A model generated the notes under the pieces. It had not been told where the DNA came from and searched no databases. It saw nothing but the letters and a program-made list of their open reading frames with translations. Below, one piece after another: positions 1 to 11,400 of a stretch of 64,000 bases of DNA (positions within the stretch are counted from its first letter, which is position 1; every line of letters starts with the position of its first letter). The position numbers and the translations under genes are program-made. This stretch comes from Sphingomonadaceae bacterium (lineage in GTDB: Bacteria; Chloroflexota; UBA6077). Location of the stretch: contig JBLNDL010000050.1 of assembly GCA_050261575.1 (NCBI GenBank), positions 1-64,000 of the forward strand, given 5' to 3'.

Positions 1-26
1 GCGGATCGCCCCCTCCCCGTAGCGAT

Positions 27-1235
27 TCAAGGACCGATGGCGGGGGTGTCACCTTCCTTGCCCGCCTTCATCCAGAGCAGACTCAGCAGAAAGGTGGCAA
101 AGAGGATCACGGACCCGCTGAGATAGGGATAGCTCGGGTTAAGGTCGTAGATCGCCCCCGCCCAGAGTGGCCCCACCACCCGCCCCAGGCTCACGAATGA
201 GTTGCTCAATCCCATTGCCGCGCCCTGCCCAACCGTCGCGCGCCGCGACGTCAGCGAGTGGACCGCCGGCCGGAAGAAGGCCGTGATCAGGACGAACAGC
301 CCCGTGGTGAGCAGCACGGCGACCAGGCTCTCCGCCAGCAGCAGAAGCAGAAAGGTCACGCCGCCGGCCAGCAGGCCGACCCTGATCACCGCCGGCTCGC
401 CCCATCGGCTGGTCGCCAAGCCGGTCAACAGCCCGCGACCGATCAGCGAGACCACGCCGACCACCGTGAGGATCGCCCCCACCCTCTCCGGACCATAACC
501 GAGCACGTCGAGGGCGTAGAGGCTGAAGATCGCCTCGAAGTTGCTCGTCCCGATCGTGCCGATGAAGACCAGCAGCAGCAGACCGGAGATGGGGCTCCGG
601 AGGGCGCCCCACAGCTCGCCGAAGTCCACGAGACCGATCCTTCCCTGCGTCACGCGCTCGTCCGGCGGAAGCGTCTCGGGAAGCAGCAGTTGGATGAAGA
701 GCAGCGAGAGCAGCGACAATCCGGCGGCTATGAAGAAGGGCGTCGAGAGCGAGTCGCCGGCCAGCCAGCCCCCGAGACCGGGGCCCAGGATGATGCCGAG
801 GCCGGACGCGGCACCCAGCGCCCCCATACCTCCGGCCCTGTCCCTCTCTCCAGTGCTGTCTCCGATGTATGCCATCGCCGAGACCATCGTCGCCGACGCC
901 AGCACGCCCGAGAGCGCCTGGGAGGCGAACAGCATCCACAGCTCGGTCGAAAGCCCGAACAGCGTCATGGAGAGGCCGTAGCCCACCATCCCGACCATCA
1001 GGATCGGTTTGCGCCCGGTTCTGTCGGAGATGCTGCCCCACAGCGGACCGAACAGCAGCTGGGTGAGCGCGCCAGTCGCCACCAGCAGGCCCAGGGCGCT
1101 GCCGCCAGCGCCCAACCGATCGACGAAGAACGGGAAGATCGGGATAACCATCCCGAAGCCCAGCATGACGACAACAAGGGTGAAGGACAGGACGATGAGG
1201 TTCTTGCGATTGCCGATCCGCGATTGTGCCCGCAT
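27..1235 (-). CDS. MFS transporter, DHA1/TetA-like drug:H+ antiporter
   Basis: Multiple hydrophobic segments; MFS motif A GSISDRTGRKP; antiporter motif C GIILGPGLGG. Start moved to the ATG at 1235 because the ORF-track extension runs through repeats. Confidence 0.85.
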   Translation of the reverse strand: MRAQSRIGNRKNLIVLSFTLVVVMLGFGMVIPIFPFFVDRLGAGGSALGLLVATGALTQLLFGPLWGSISDRTGRKPILMVGMVGYGLSMTLFGLSTELWMLFASQALSGVLASATMVSAMAYIGDSTGERDRAGGMGALGAASGLGIILGPGLGGWLAGDSLSTPFFIAAGLSLLSLLFIQLLLPETLPPDERVTQGRIGLVDFGELWGALRSPISGLLLLVFIGTIGTSNFEAIFSLYALDVLGYGPERVGAILTVVGVVSLIGRGLLTGLATSRWGEPAVIRVGLLAGGVTFLLLLLAESLVAVLLTTGLFVLITAFFRPAVHSLTSRRATVGQGAAMGLSNSFVSLGRVVGPLWAGAIYDLNPSYPYLSGSVILFATFLLSLLWMKAGKEGDTPAIGP

Positions 1236-1287
1236 TTTTGCCGTCTTTCGCGTCTCAGAATGCCAAGCAGAAGCTATCCGAAGATGT

Positions 1288-1341
1288 CGCAGACTGCGCA
1301 GATGTAGAGTTGGCCCTCTGCGAACATCTGCGCAATCTGCG
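1288..1341. repeat. Inverted repeat built from CGCAGAY-type units
   Basis: cgcagactgcgcagatgt ... acatctgcgcaatctgcg. Confidence 0.7.
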
Positions 1342-1393
1342 GATCGGGTAGGGACTCCCAAGCACTTGGCCTGAGATTGAGTGCACAATCCGT

Positions 1394-1468
1394 CGTCATG
1401 CCCGCGCAAGCGGGCATCCAGGAGATCCTCTTATGGCCGTCTGGACCCCCGCTTTCGCGGGGGTGACG
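1394..1468. repeat. REP-like doublet palindrome
   Basis: cgtcatgcccgcgcaagcgggcatccag ... ctggacccccgctttcgcgggggtgacg; two internal hairpins in inverted arrangement. Confidence 0.8.
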
Positions 1469-1502
1469 ATGGCGACTCCATCTGGTAACAGTTGCTTAGT
1501 AG

Positions 1503-4118
1503 TCAGTTCTCGGGCAGCGTCACGGTACCCGCGCTGCCGTCCACGGTTATCACGTCCCCGCTGTGAATGCGACCGGTGGCCGCACCGGTTCCCAGCACCG
1601 CCGGGATGCCGTACTCACGCGCCACGATGGAGCTGTGGCTGAGCGGCCCGCCGACGTCCGTCACCACTGCAGAGGCTAATGCGAACAGCGGCGTCCATGC
1701 CGGGGTGGTGATGGCGGCCACCAGCACGTCACCATGCTTCATCTGGCCGAAGTCCTCGGGGCCACGCAGCACCCGCGCGGTGGCGGTCACCCGCCCCGGG
1801 CTGGCCCCGATCCCCTTGAGGGTGTTGCCCGCCTCCTGTATCGCTCTTGCCGGCATCCATCGGCTTATATCCACTCCCGCGAAGGTGGCCTTCTGCGGCA
1901 GGGAGACCGGCGGGATCAGCCGCTTCTCCGCCCGAATGCGAGCCCTCCGCGCCTCGACACCCTTACTCTTGTCGGGTAGCACCTTCTCGCCGGCATCCAA
2001 AGCGGCCACCAGCGCATCTAGCTCCTCCTCGGTCAGCCAGAACACCTCCTCCGGGCTTTGGATAGCGCCGGCCGAGGTCAAGCGACGGCCTAGCTCGAGC
2101 AGCATCTTGCGCAGCTGCGGCCACCCCAGCCCTACGTCGCCCAGCGCGTCCTCGCGCAATGGGGCATAGCGTTGCGCCCAATTCCGCAACCGGCGGAACC
2201 AGGCCAGCTTCCACCCCTTCAAACGGCTTTCCACCTTGCGCACAGCCTCTTCGCGGCGATCGGCCGCCTCTTGCTGGCGCCGATACGGGTCGGAGCCCTG
2301 GCCCTGGACCAGATGCCTCAGCGTCTCGATCAGCGGGGCGGGATCGTCGGCCGCGACCGGCTTGGAGAAGTCCAGGTCGTAGATCGCATGCCCGTAGCGA
2401 TCCAGGTGGGCGGCAAAGCGGGCCCGAAACTCGCGCCACTCATCCAAGGGGACACCGGTAGGTGGGTCCGCCTCTCCCAGCCGGGCAGCGATCTGGTCCG
2501 ACGTGCCGGCGACCAGCGCGCTGGCCAGATCCGGCCGCTCACGGCACCATTGGGCCAGGTCGTAGAGCGACTTCTCCGCCCGGATGGGCAGACTCTCGAA
2601 GCCGAGCATAAAGGTCAGCGCGGCTGGGTCGTCCGCTCTTCGCACCAGCTTGTCGTAGAACCAGGTGAAGACGGATTCGCTGAAATAGGCGGCCGGCAGG
2701 ATGCCGGCCTGGAGCGCTTGGATGTAGTGATCTATCGCGGTGGAGAAGATCTCACGCACGCCCCTGAGCAGCTCGGTGGCCGGCAGCAAGCCCAACTCCT
2801 TCTCTTTCCAGCGAGCCACACACTCGGCGTACTTGGGGCGGGCCTGCTCCTTCCAGCGTCTGTCAGGCGATCTATACGCAAACATCGCAATACACGGCGT
2901 CAGGGCCAGTATCGCCAGCAGCTGCCGAGCGCTGAACGCTACGTCGTAGTAGGCGTAGTCGTTGATCATCACGACGAACTTCTCCGGGAACACGCTACGG
3001 CCCCCGAGGCGCGCCGCGAGCCGTTGGTACCCCCGGTTGATCTCATCCACCCCCATAGTGGCAAAGAGGGGCGTCAGGGGCTCCGGCATCAGCTCGATGA
3101 TCGAGGTGCGGGCGTACTTTCCCTTAGGTTTGGGAAGCCTCCATTCCAGCGGGACGACGGGCTCGGGGGGCAGGGCCGTGATCGGCCGCGCCTGCAGAAT
3201 GGCGAACTTGCCGCCGGTAAGCGCCCACTCGATGTCCATCGGCATGCCGTAGAGTCCCTCGATCTGCACGCCGAGGCGGGCAAGTTCCGCCGCCTGCCGG
3301 TCGTTCAGCACGGGTGCGCGGCGCAGTCTCTCCGGCGTGGCCCGTTCCTCCGCACCGCCCTCCGTGCGCACCGTCATGACGTGCTTATCGGCTATCTCGC
3401 GGGTGATCACCCTACCCGAGGTCTTCTCCAGGGTGATGGTGTCCGGCGTGACCAGGCCACCCACGATCGCCTCGCCCAATCCCCAGGTAGCCGTGATCAT
3501 CGCCTGCCCTCGATCCCCGTTGACTGGGTTCGCGGTGAACAGGATCCCCGCGGCATCAGCGGGCACCAACAGCTGCACTACCACCGCGAGGCTCACGGAG
3601 GCCTGGTCGATGCCGTGCTGGGCGCGATAGCCGATCGCTCGCGCCGTCCACAGCGAGGCCCAGCAGCGCTTCACCGCATCCTGCACCGCGTCGAGGCCGT
3701 GTATATTGAGGTAGGTCTCCTGCTGTCCGGCGAAGGAGAGATCGGGCAGGTCCTCGGCGGTGGCCGAGGAGCGCACGGCGACCACCGGATCCTCGCCGGG
3801 CAGCTCCCCATACGCCCGCGCGACTGCCTCCTCGATCTCTGTGGGCATAGGAACACGGGCGAACAGATCGGCTATAGCGCGCGAGGCCGTCTCCAGGCTG
3901 GAAGGTTCCGACAGGTTCACGGCCTTCACCGCCTCCAGAATGGCGGGCTGCAAGCCATCCTCGGCCACGAACCGCCTGTACGCCTCGGTGGTCACATGGA
4001 AGCCGCCCGGCACCGGCAGACCGGCGCTCGCCAGTCGCGCAAGCGAGGCGCCCTTGCCTCCCACCTCCTCCAACGTAGCGGCCTGATCGGCCAGCGGTAG
4101 AGTGTATCGGTGTTTCAT
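1503..4118 (-). CDS. PEP-utilising enzyme with rifampin phosphotransferase (RPH)-like architecture
   Basis: N-terminal ATP-grasp (VGGKGASL, VAVRSSATAED, SFAGQQETYLNI, DIEWA, ILQARPIT), large central helical domain, C-terminal swivel His domain (GGPLSHSSIVAREYGIPAV); no pyruvate-binding TIM barrel. GGAGG upstream of ATG 4118. Confidence 0.85.
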   Translation of the reverse strand: MKHRYTLPLADQAATLEEVGGKGASLARLASAGLPVPGGFHVTTEAYRRFVAEDGLQPAILEAVKAVNLSEPSSLETASRAIADLFARVPMPTEIEEAVARAYGELPGEDPVVAVRSSATAEDLPDLSFAGQQETYLNIHGLDAVQDAVKRCWASLWTARAIGYRAQHGIDQASVSLAVVVQLLVPADAAGILFTANPVNGDRGQAMITATWGLGEAIVGGLVTPDTITLEKTSGRVITREIADKHVMTVRTEGGAEERATPERLRRAPVLNDRQAAELARLGVQIEGLYGMPMDIEWALTGGKFAILQARPITALPPEPVVPLEWRLPKPKGKYARTSIIELMPEPLTPLFATMGVDEINRGYQRLAARLGGRSVFPEKFVVMINDYAYYDVAFSARQLLAILALTPCIAMFAYRSPDRRWKEQARPKYAECVARWKEKELGLLPATELLRGVREIFSTAIDHYIQALQAGILPAAYFSESVFTWFYDKLVRRADDPAALTFMLGFESLPIRAEKSLYDLAQWCRERPDLASALVAGTSDQIAARLGEADPPTGVPLDEWREFRARFAAHLDRYGHAIYDLDFSKPVAADDPAPLIETLRHLVQGQGSDPYRRQQEAADRREEAVRKVESRLKGWKLAWFRRLRNWAQRYAPLREDALGDVGLGWPQLRKMLLELGRRLTSAGAIQSPEEVFWLTEEELDALVAALDAGEKVLPDKSKGVEARRARIRAEKRLIPPVSLPQKATFAGVDISRWMPARAIQEAGNTLKGIGASPGRVTATARVLRGPEDFGQMKHGDVLVAAITTPAWTPLFALASAVVTDVGGPLSHSSIVAREYGIPAVLGTGAATGRIHSGDVITVDGSAGTVTLPEN

Positions 4119-4414
4119 CTGTGTGCCTCCTCGCAAGAAGAGCCTTTCCAGACAGGGTTCACGGAAACCAGGATCAGGTTCAAGTCCCACAGCCGGTTCA
4201 AGATGCCGCGCAGGGCAGACTGATCGAGGACCGGACCGGTGAGTGTGGTGAGGAACTCCCCGTCGCCAGTTCGTTCGACGACGACCTTCATCCCGCCGAG
4301 CCAGTCGGACCAGCTATCGTCGAGACGGCCCTGCACGGTGATGCGGTAGCCCCATTGTCTGTCGCCGGCCTGAACGTCCATCGAATCAAACCTCGTGCCC
4401 CAGATACCTTCCAT
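4115..4414 (-). CDS. Small conserved hypothetical protein, possibly ACT-like fold
   Basis: YRITVQGRLDDSWSDWLGGM...LTGPVLDQSALRGILNRLWDLNLILVSVN; its stop overlaps the next start (ATGA). Confidence 0.75.
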   Translation of the reverse strand: MEGIWGTRFDSMDVQAGDRQWGYRITVQGRLDDSWSDWLGGMKVVVERTGDGEFLTTLTGPVLDQSALRGILNRLWDLNLILVSVNPVWKGSSCEEAHR

Positions 4415-4531
4415 GCATACTGTACCGCTCGGCCGCGCTGGCCGGAACTAGCCGAAAGTACAGTTCGAGTATGGGGCCGGGGGCTAGCCATCCATCACGG
4501 CGAACGCGACACTCCCATCGCAAGGAGTCGG

Positions 4532-4593
4532 TGGCTTCGCGCAGCCGGGAGTCGACGCCCATGGCCCATCGGGATCGAGGCAGCCCCGACTCC
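4532..4593. repeat. 62-bp dispersed element, copy A
   Basis: Aligns without gaps to 23384-23445 and 43472-43533. Confidence 0.75.
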
Positions 4594-4816
4594 ACGGTGA
4601 TCCCTGGCGTTGGTGCCATCGACCGTCGGGGTTCGGACAACCCCGACTCCGTGACTGGATGAGGCGACGTTGTATTCAACGCCGGCGGCGTTAGGGACGT
4701 GGCGTGAGCGAGCACGCGAGGCGAGCACAGCATCACCTCCGTCCAACACCGGGGCCGGGCGGACACACAGTCCCGCCCCTACACGTCAGGATCGTCAGAG
4801 TCACTGTGGTCGAGTA

Positions 4817-7711
4817 CTAGCGAGGGGGGAAGCTCGACGCGAGGGGGAGCAGGCCCAGGCCTTGGGCTTTGGCGACCGCCTCGGTCCGGTTCCTGACACC
4901 GAGCTTGCCGAAGATGTTGCTCGTGTGGAACTTGATTGTAGGTAGCGACACCACCAGCCGCCGCGCGATCTCCTCGTTGGACAGTCCCTCGGCGACCAGC
5001 CGCAGCACCTCCAGCTCACGCTTGCTCAACGGCGGACCGGGATCAGGGCTCGGGGGTCGGGAATCGAACCCCGTGTGCCACGTTGCCGTGTCTCCGTGTC
5101 TCTGCGGCCCCGCGTCCCCCGGCCCCCCAATCCCTGACCCCCGATAGGCGGCCAGCAAGCGCCCGACGTACCCTGGACATGTTCGCCGTGACGCCGCCTC
5201 GTGCAGCAGGCGGGCCATCGGCTCCCCTTCGTCGAGGAAGATGCGGAAGAAACCCGCAGGTTCCGCCAGAGCCAGCGCGCGTTCCAACGATCGCATGGCT
5301 CTTTCGCTCTGGCCGAGAGTCCGCGCGGCCAACGCCATCAGCATCTGATACTCGATCACCAGCCCGATCCGGTTCGACTGCTCGGCTATGGGCAGCGCCG
5401 CTTCCAGCAAGGCGACTGCCTCGGCCTGGCGGCCCTCGGCCATCAGCAACCGCGCTGCCACGGGGTACTCATACTTGCGGATCCGACGAACGATGACGTC
5501 GTCGTTCTTCTCCAGCGTCGGCGGATCGACCTCCCCGCCGAGACCGTATCGCTCGGCCCAGCGCCGGACCCCCTCGAGGAGCGGCCCCGATCGGGACGAA
5601 GCGCCACTCTGCGCGATCTGCATCCGCGCCTCGGCCATATCCACCGCACGAACGACCAGGTCCGAGCCTTTGAAGCCGATCGCCACCTGCCGCATCGCCC
5701 GAAGAGCCTCGTGTGCGCCATCCCAATCCCCACGGGCCTGCCTGATGCGTGCTAGCGTCTCATAGGCCTCGATCGCCGTCACCGGTGCCCAGCCCTCGGC
5801 GAGCGCTATCCCCTCGAGCAGGTAGCGCGTGGCAACGTCGAGTTCGTTCCATTCGCGGGCGATCTCCCCCAATCCCATCAGGACCTGGCCGGCGATGGGC
5901 AGGCGATCGCCACTGCCATCGGTAGCCAGATCCAGCGCCTCCTCGAGTAGCGATCTCGCCTGCCGGAGGTCCCCCTCTCGGCGGCAGCATTCGGCCCTGT
6001 AGAACGCCGCGTACACCGCAGCCATCACGTTGCCCGTCCGGTCGCTGCCCAGGGCGGCGCCCTGCAACACCCGCTGGCTCGCTGCAACGTCGCCTTTGGT
6101 GTGGTAGGCGCTCGCCAGACACAGCGATGCCAGCCCCCTCAGGAACAGCTCGGTCGCCGGCAACTGCTCCAGGGCGGTCTGCGAGAGTTCGATGGCAGCG
6201 GCAACGTCCCCCCGATAGTAGGCCAACCAGGCGCGCAACGGCAGGGCAAGGGGGGAGAGATGCTCCTCTGCATGCGCCAGCCGCTCTTCGACCACACCTA
6301 ACGGCGAGCCCCTCAACAGCAACACCCAGGAGTAATGCAGACACAGCGACGGCCTGGCCCGCAACTGCGCCTCTGGCAGGGCGTCGAGCCACTTGAGGAG
6401 AGTCGTAGCTTCGCTGCGCATCAAGGTTGCCTCTGCGACCCGTTCGATCAGTTGCGCCGCCCGCTCGAAATCCCCCGCCGCCAGCGCATGGTCGATCGCC
6501 CCAGCTAGCAGCCCGTTCTGCTCGTGCCATGCGCTGGCCCGACGGTGCAGAACCGCCACTGATACCCGACCACCGTGGCCTTGCTGCCGCGGAGCCGACG
6601 TTGTCCCTAACGCCGGCGAGGTCGGGGGCGCCCCTGCCCCCTCGGGAGAATCGTAGGGGCGTGCCAGGGCCATGCGACTCTCGCCCAACTGCTTCCGCAG
6701 CAGATCGGCGAAGAGACGGTGGTACCGATACCACCTGCGCTCGTCGTCCAGGGGCACGACGAACAGGTTCGCACGCTCCAGCTCTTCCAGCATGGCCTGC
6801 CCGCCTCCCTGTCCACCAATCACAGCATCGCATAGCGGACCGGTCAGGCGATCCAGTATGGAGGTCTCGAGCAGGAAGTCTTGAACCTCCTGCGGTTGCC
6901 GCCGGAGCACTTCATCGACTAGGTAGTCCAGAACGAAGCGATTGCTCCCGCTGAACTCCTGGATGAACCGATGCACGTCGGCGCGGGAGCGGATGGAGGT
7001 CGCAGCCAACTGAAGGCCGGCGATCCACCCCTCGGTGCGCGACACCAGCGTCGTGACGTCGCCGGTTTCCAACCCCAGCCCCATCACCTGATTCAGAAAG
7101 GCGAGCGCCTCGTCGGGCTTGAATCGCAGGTCGCTCTGGCGGATCTCCACCAACTGCCCGCGTGCCCGCAGCAGGGCGAGGGGTAGGGGTGGGTCGGCCC
7201 TCGAGACGATCACCATGTGCATCTGCGGAGGCAGATGGTCCACCAGGAAGGCGACCAGCCGATGGATCGGCTGAGCCGAGACCAGGTGGAAGTCGTCCAA
7301 GATCAGGACAAGGGGATGGGAGATCGACTGCAGCCGGTTCAGCAGCTCCGTCTGGAACGCCTCGATCGAGCCTGACGCCCCCAGCCCACCAAAGCGATCG
7401 GCACGCACCATCCGCAGCAGGTCGCCGGCCAGAGATGGGTCGATCCCCTCGAAGGAGGCGCAGAGGTGGCCGAGAAAGCGCGCCGGATCGTTGTCGGCTT
7501 CGTCCAGCGAAAGCCAGGCTACCGGGAGGGCGCGTTGCCTCGCCCAGCCGCTGAGCAGCGTGGTCTTGCCGTAGCCGGCGGGCGCTGAGACCAGCGCAAG
7601 TCTCCTGGAGAGGCTCTCGTCGAGCAGGTCGAACAGTCGCGGCCGCACTACCAGGTCCCTCCGGACGGGAGGGACCTGCAGCTTGGTCTTCAGCAGATCA
7701 GGGACGTTCAT
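4817..7711 (-). CDS. MalT-like LuxR-family transcriptional regulator (STAND ATPase, TPR, LuxR HTH)
   Basis: KTKLQVPP...RPRL, Walker [38 protein letters not shown]-terminal [25 protein letters not shown]. Confidence 0.92.
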   Translation of the reverse strand: MNVPDLLKTKLQVPPVRRDLVVRPRLFDLLDESLSRRLALVSAPAGYGKTTLLSGWARQRALPVAWLSLDEADNDPARFLGHLCASFEGIDPSLAGDLLRMVRADRFGGLGASGSIEAFQTELLNRLQSISHPLVLILDDFHLVSAQPIHRLVAFLVDHLPPQMHMVIVSRADPPLPLALLRARGQLVEIRQSDLRFKPDEALAFLNQVMGLGLETGDVTTLVSRTEGWIAGLQLAATSIRSRADVHRFIQEFSGSNRFVLDYLVDEVLRRQPQEVQDFLLETSILDRLTGPLCDAVIGGQGGGQAMLEELERANLFVVPLDDERRWYRYHRLFADLLRKQLGESRMALARPYDSPEGAGAPPTSPALGTTSAPRQQGHGGRVSVAVLHRRASAWHEQNGLLAGAIDHALAAGDFERAAQLIERVAEATLMRSEATTLLKWLDALPEAQLRARPSLCLHYSWVLLLRGSPLGVVEERLAHAEEHLSPLALPLRAWLAYYRGDVAAAIELSQTALEQLPATELFLRGLASLCLASAYHTKGDVAASQRVLQGAALGSDRTGNVMAAVYAAFYRAECCRREGDLRQARSLLEEALDLATDGSGDRLPIAGQVLMGLGEIAREWNELDVATRYLLEGIALAEGWAPVTAIEAYETLARIRQARGDWDGAHEALRAMRQVAIGFKGSDLVVRAVDMAEARMQIAQSGASSRSGPLLEGVRRWAERYGLGGEVDPPTLEKNDDVIVRRIRKYEYPVAARLLMAEGRQAEAVALLEAALPIAEQSNRIGLVIEYQMLMALAARTLGQSERAMRSLERALALAEPAGFFRIFLDEGEPMARLLHEAASRRTCPGYVGRLLAAYRGSGIGGPGDAGPQRHGDTATWHTGFDSRPPSPDPGPPLSKRELEVLRLVAEGLSNEEIARRLVVSLPTIKFHTSNIFGKLGVRNRTEAVAKAQGLGLLPLASSFPPR

Positions 7712-7759
7712 AACGAATCATTGTATCACCCGGGCAATCCCCTTCGAGGGCAACCGTGT

Positions 7760-7872
7760 CCGCGGCGTGGACTCAACGCTCCTCCCCGTCGACCAGCCGA
7801 GTCCATCCGAGGGGCTTGTCCCGCGGGCCCTCGACGATCTCGGCAACCAGGGACACAACTTCCACGCCGCGG
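7760..7872. repeat. Element with 12-bp terminal inverted repeats
   Basis: ccgcggcgtgga ... tccacgccgcgg. Confidence 0.45.
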
Positions 7873-8080
7873 CGGGACCGACCCGAACGACCCAGTCCGA
7901 GGGCGAATGGCCTAAGTCTCCGCCACCTCATGCCTCGCTTCTGCCCGGACGGGCATCAACGGAACTCGGCCAAAACCACTATCCTGGCACCCTCGGCCAC
8001 CTTTGCCCTGACCCGGACCATCTGCCACTCCCAGCATCATATGGCGGCGTGGCGTGGACGCGCCATCTTCGGCCAACGTA

Positions 8081-8154
8081 CCAAGCAGGCATCTCCAGAT
8101 AGAGTGCACGTTTCCCGCCACGAGTGTCGACACGAACCAGAGATACCTACTTAG
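8081..8154. repeat. 74-bp dispersed hairpin element, copy 1
   Basis: 59/74 identical to 49460-49533 with a shared 23-bp core gatagagtgcacgtttcccgcca. Confidence 0.75.
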
Positions 8155-8185
8155 CTCGCGACGAGGGAGACGGGTAAGACAACAA

Positions 8186-8259
8186 GAGACCCACGAGCTT
8201 GAGCTCGTGGGTCTCTCCTGGTCGGGGCGAGTGGATTTGAACCACCGGCCTCAGCGTCC
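8186..8259 (-). repeat. att site: duplicated 3' half of tRNA-Pro plus downstream hairpin
   Basis: 73/74 identical to 20996-21069; the match ends in the anticodon loop. Confidence 0.93.
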
Positions 8260-8446
8260 TGAGGGAGGCAACAGTACGTGAATTGCTGGTAGATAGTGAT
8301 GCTCTGCTTACACCGGAGGATACTTGTCCCACCAGACTTGGGCCCACGAGTCGACGAAGCCAGTACGGGAAATGCGATCGCCACAGCGAGTACCACCAAC
8401 ACCCAGATCGTATCCGCGTCTACCGCCTCCGCCAGATGTGATGGGA

Positions 8447-11400
8447 CTACTCAGTCTCAAACCCTTGGCTGGTGAAGCCGAGGGTGCGGCCGTTCTCCGT
8501 CACGATGCGCACGACATTCTCAGGTACGCCGCCGGGGACATCCGCCTCAATCTCCAGCGTCACCTTCACTCGCGAGCCGGGCAGCCCCACTAGATGCGAG
8601 ATCACCTCGTCGGCAATCCTGCCAGCATCTCGGCCTGTTCGAGTCGAGTCGAGGGTAACGGTGCCGTGGTATCGTTTGGGCAGAGCAGGGCGCGGCAGTG
8701 CGCCGGTGTCGTCTCCTCCGGCAGTCTCCTTGCCAAGCTTCCCATTCCCCCACGTTCCCACAGACGTACCCGTCGAGCCACCAGGGCTATCGGGTGGAGT
8801 ATCTGTCCGCCTCGCAGCCTCCGCGGCGTCGGCCTCGCGCTGCCTCGCAGCCACCTCCGGCCGCACCAGCAGCCCCGAAAGGCTCGTCCCACTTATCTGG
8901 ATGGGCTCCCCGCAGCGCAATCCGCGGTAGCGTGCGGTGGTTTCGTCGTAGCTGTCGGCGTAGGCGAACGTCTCCGGGTTCCAGGTGAGCAATCCGAGCC
9001 CGGACCGAATCGCCCCGGCCAGCACCTCGGGTCCGGACAACCGTGGAAGGTAGATGTAGCGCGCGAAATCCTCCGCGAGCTGCTGCACGGCTACGTGGTC
9101 CCCGCGCCACAGCGGTATGTTGTCCATCTCCATCCGAAGCCGGGTCCCGGCAAGCGAGGTCACCAGCAGTTCGTCGTTGCGGAGCTTCTTGCTCGCCCTG
9201 ACCGCCAGCGCGTCCGTCCCCGACAGCCGGAAGGCCTGCAACTCCACCCGGTCCCTCGTGGAGGTCTGCACCGGCACCAACAGCCACTGGTACGCCTCCG
9301 GCAGCCGCGCCGCCACCGTCCCATCCGCCGCCTTAAGCTGCATCTCCGCCTGCTTCACCTGGTGCGGGTCGAGGTTCAACGCCTCTCGCTCGCCCAGGAT
9401 CGACTCCCACGCCAGGTAGCGCCGCACCGCCTCGTCCAGATCCTGCAGCCTCGTGCTGTCCACGGCCAGGAACACCAGCGTGTTCTGATACTTCCGCGGC
9501 ACGTTGCCGCGAGAGCCCAAGATCTCGTTCGCCGCGATCTCGGCGGCGCACCCCTTGTCCCGTCCGTAAGGATGATCCAGCCCGAGCACCACCAGCCGCA
9601 CGTTCATATCGTCCGGCACGTCCGCGCTCGACTGCGGCAGCGGGTGAACCCGGCCAAAATCGCCCGTGCTGCGGAGATCGGCGCGCAGTCGCTTTTCCAG
9701 CTCCTGAGCCACCTTGTCTGGATTGCGCTTAAGCTGCTCGGCGCGGTCCTCCGCCAGCTTCGTCACCGTCGGCTGCGTCGAGTACCAGTAGCGCGCCCCG
9801 TCCTGGTATAGGTAGGTCGCCGAACCGCTCAGCCGCCGGAGCGCGTCGCCGAAGATCGCTGGCGACTCGCCCGGCATCACGCAGCCCAGCTTTACCCTGC
9901 GGTCTTCCAACCCCCGGTTGGCAGCGGTGGTAATCGGCGCCGAGCCGAGGTAGATGGTGCGCGCAACCCGGCGGGTGGCGGCATACTTGCCCAGGTTGGG
10001 CACCTCGCTGTCCAGCCGCAGCGGCAGAGCGCTCGGCCCGTCCACATCCTTCTCGATCACAGGCACCCAGTTATCCGAGAGGTAGCGGGTCAGCTCGGAC
10101 TGCACCCGAGGATCGTCGATGGCTACGTTGGCTGGCAGGATCAGTGGGTTGCGGTCGCCCCTTTCCCAGAGACTGTGGATCACGGCCGCCATCAGCCGCA
10201 GCACACCACGAGTGCGCTGGAACTTAACCAGCGTGGACCAGTCGGTGTACAGCCGGTCGAACAGCTCCGGGTGGATCGGGTAGGCGGCGCGCAGCCGCTT
10301 CTCGTATTCGGAGTCGCGGCACTCCGGAGGGAACTCCTGGTGCTGGGTCCGGTAGAGGTCGTAGAAGGCCCTGGCTACGGCGTCGCGGGCGACGAACTGC
10401 CACTGCTCGACCAGCGGCTCGAACAGCCGCTGCCGCACGATCTCGAAGCCCTCCTCGGCGCTGGCAGGCCGCCAAGACGCCTCCACCCGGCCGACGGCGT
10501 TCCGCAGCCGGTCCAGCGCGGCTCGACCCCGCTGGCCGCCCACCTCCACGTCGTCCGCCTGGGTGTGGGGCGAGCCGGCAGCGTCGGAGGCCGGAAGACT
10601 GATCACCAGCAGGCAGTTCTTGGCCGCCCTCGCCGACTCCGTGAGCGCCTGGGCGAAGGTGAAGTGGGTCTCGAAGTCCCCGGCTGGCAGGTCCGAGGTT
10701 TCGTGGAGCTGCCGGGCGTAGGCCACCCACTCGTCTATCAGGATCAGGCAGGGGCCGTAGTCGTTCATGAGCTGGCGCAGCGCATCCCCTGGGCTGGTAG
10801 CCCGCTCGTCGTCAGCCTGCACCCGCTCGTAGGCCTCCCGGCCCCCAAGCTGCCAGGCCAGCTCACCCCAGAGGGTGCGAACCAGGGTGCCGTCGGGCTT
10901 CAAGCTTGGGTTGCCGGGGGAGATGCGGTTGCCCACCAGCACCACGCGGTTAACCTTCGGGAGCGCGGCTGGAGCCTCCGCCTCCTTCAGCACGCCCTCG
11001 AGGCCGGGCAGATCGCCCGGGGCGACGCCGGAGAAGAGGTGGTAGAGGGCCAGCATGGAGTGGGTCTTGCCGCCGCCGAAGTTGGTCTGGAGTTGCACCA
11101 CCGGGTCGCCGCCGCGCCCAGTAAGCCGCAACAGAGCGCCTATCAGCAGCCGCTTCAGGCTCTCCGTCAGGTAGGTGCGGCGGTAGAACTCCACCGGGTC
11201 GCGGTACTCGGCCGTACCCTCCCACAGGTGCACCTGCCACAGGTCGGCTGCGAACTCCGCCTGCTGGTATCGACCGCTCGCTACGTCCGGGTGGGGGCTG
11301 ACCACCTCGCGCCAGGGCTTGAGGCCGCCGGTGGCCTGGCTCTCTATCACGGTGCCGGCCGATCGGCGCCTCTCAGCGCGGGCTTGCTCGTCGAAGCGCA

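Noticed and set aside
2172..4100. Long opposite-strand or alternative-frame ORFs (e.g. 2172-4100, 10175-11872, 21223-23184, 35206-36927, 58874-60619)
   Set aside because: They overlap well-supported genes, have no motifs, and are expected shadows of high-GC codon usage.
5048..5076. tRNA T-arm-like GGGGTTCGATTCCC on the minus strand
   Set aside because: No acceptor, D or anticodon arms; it lies in a repeat-derived stretch inside the MalT-like gene.
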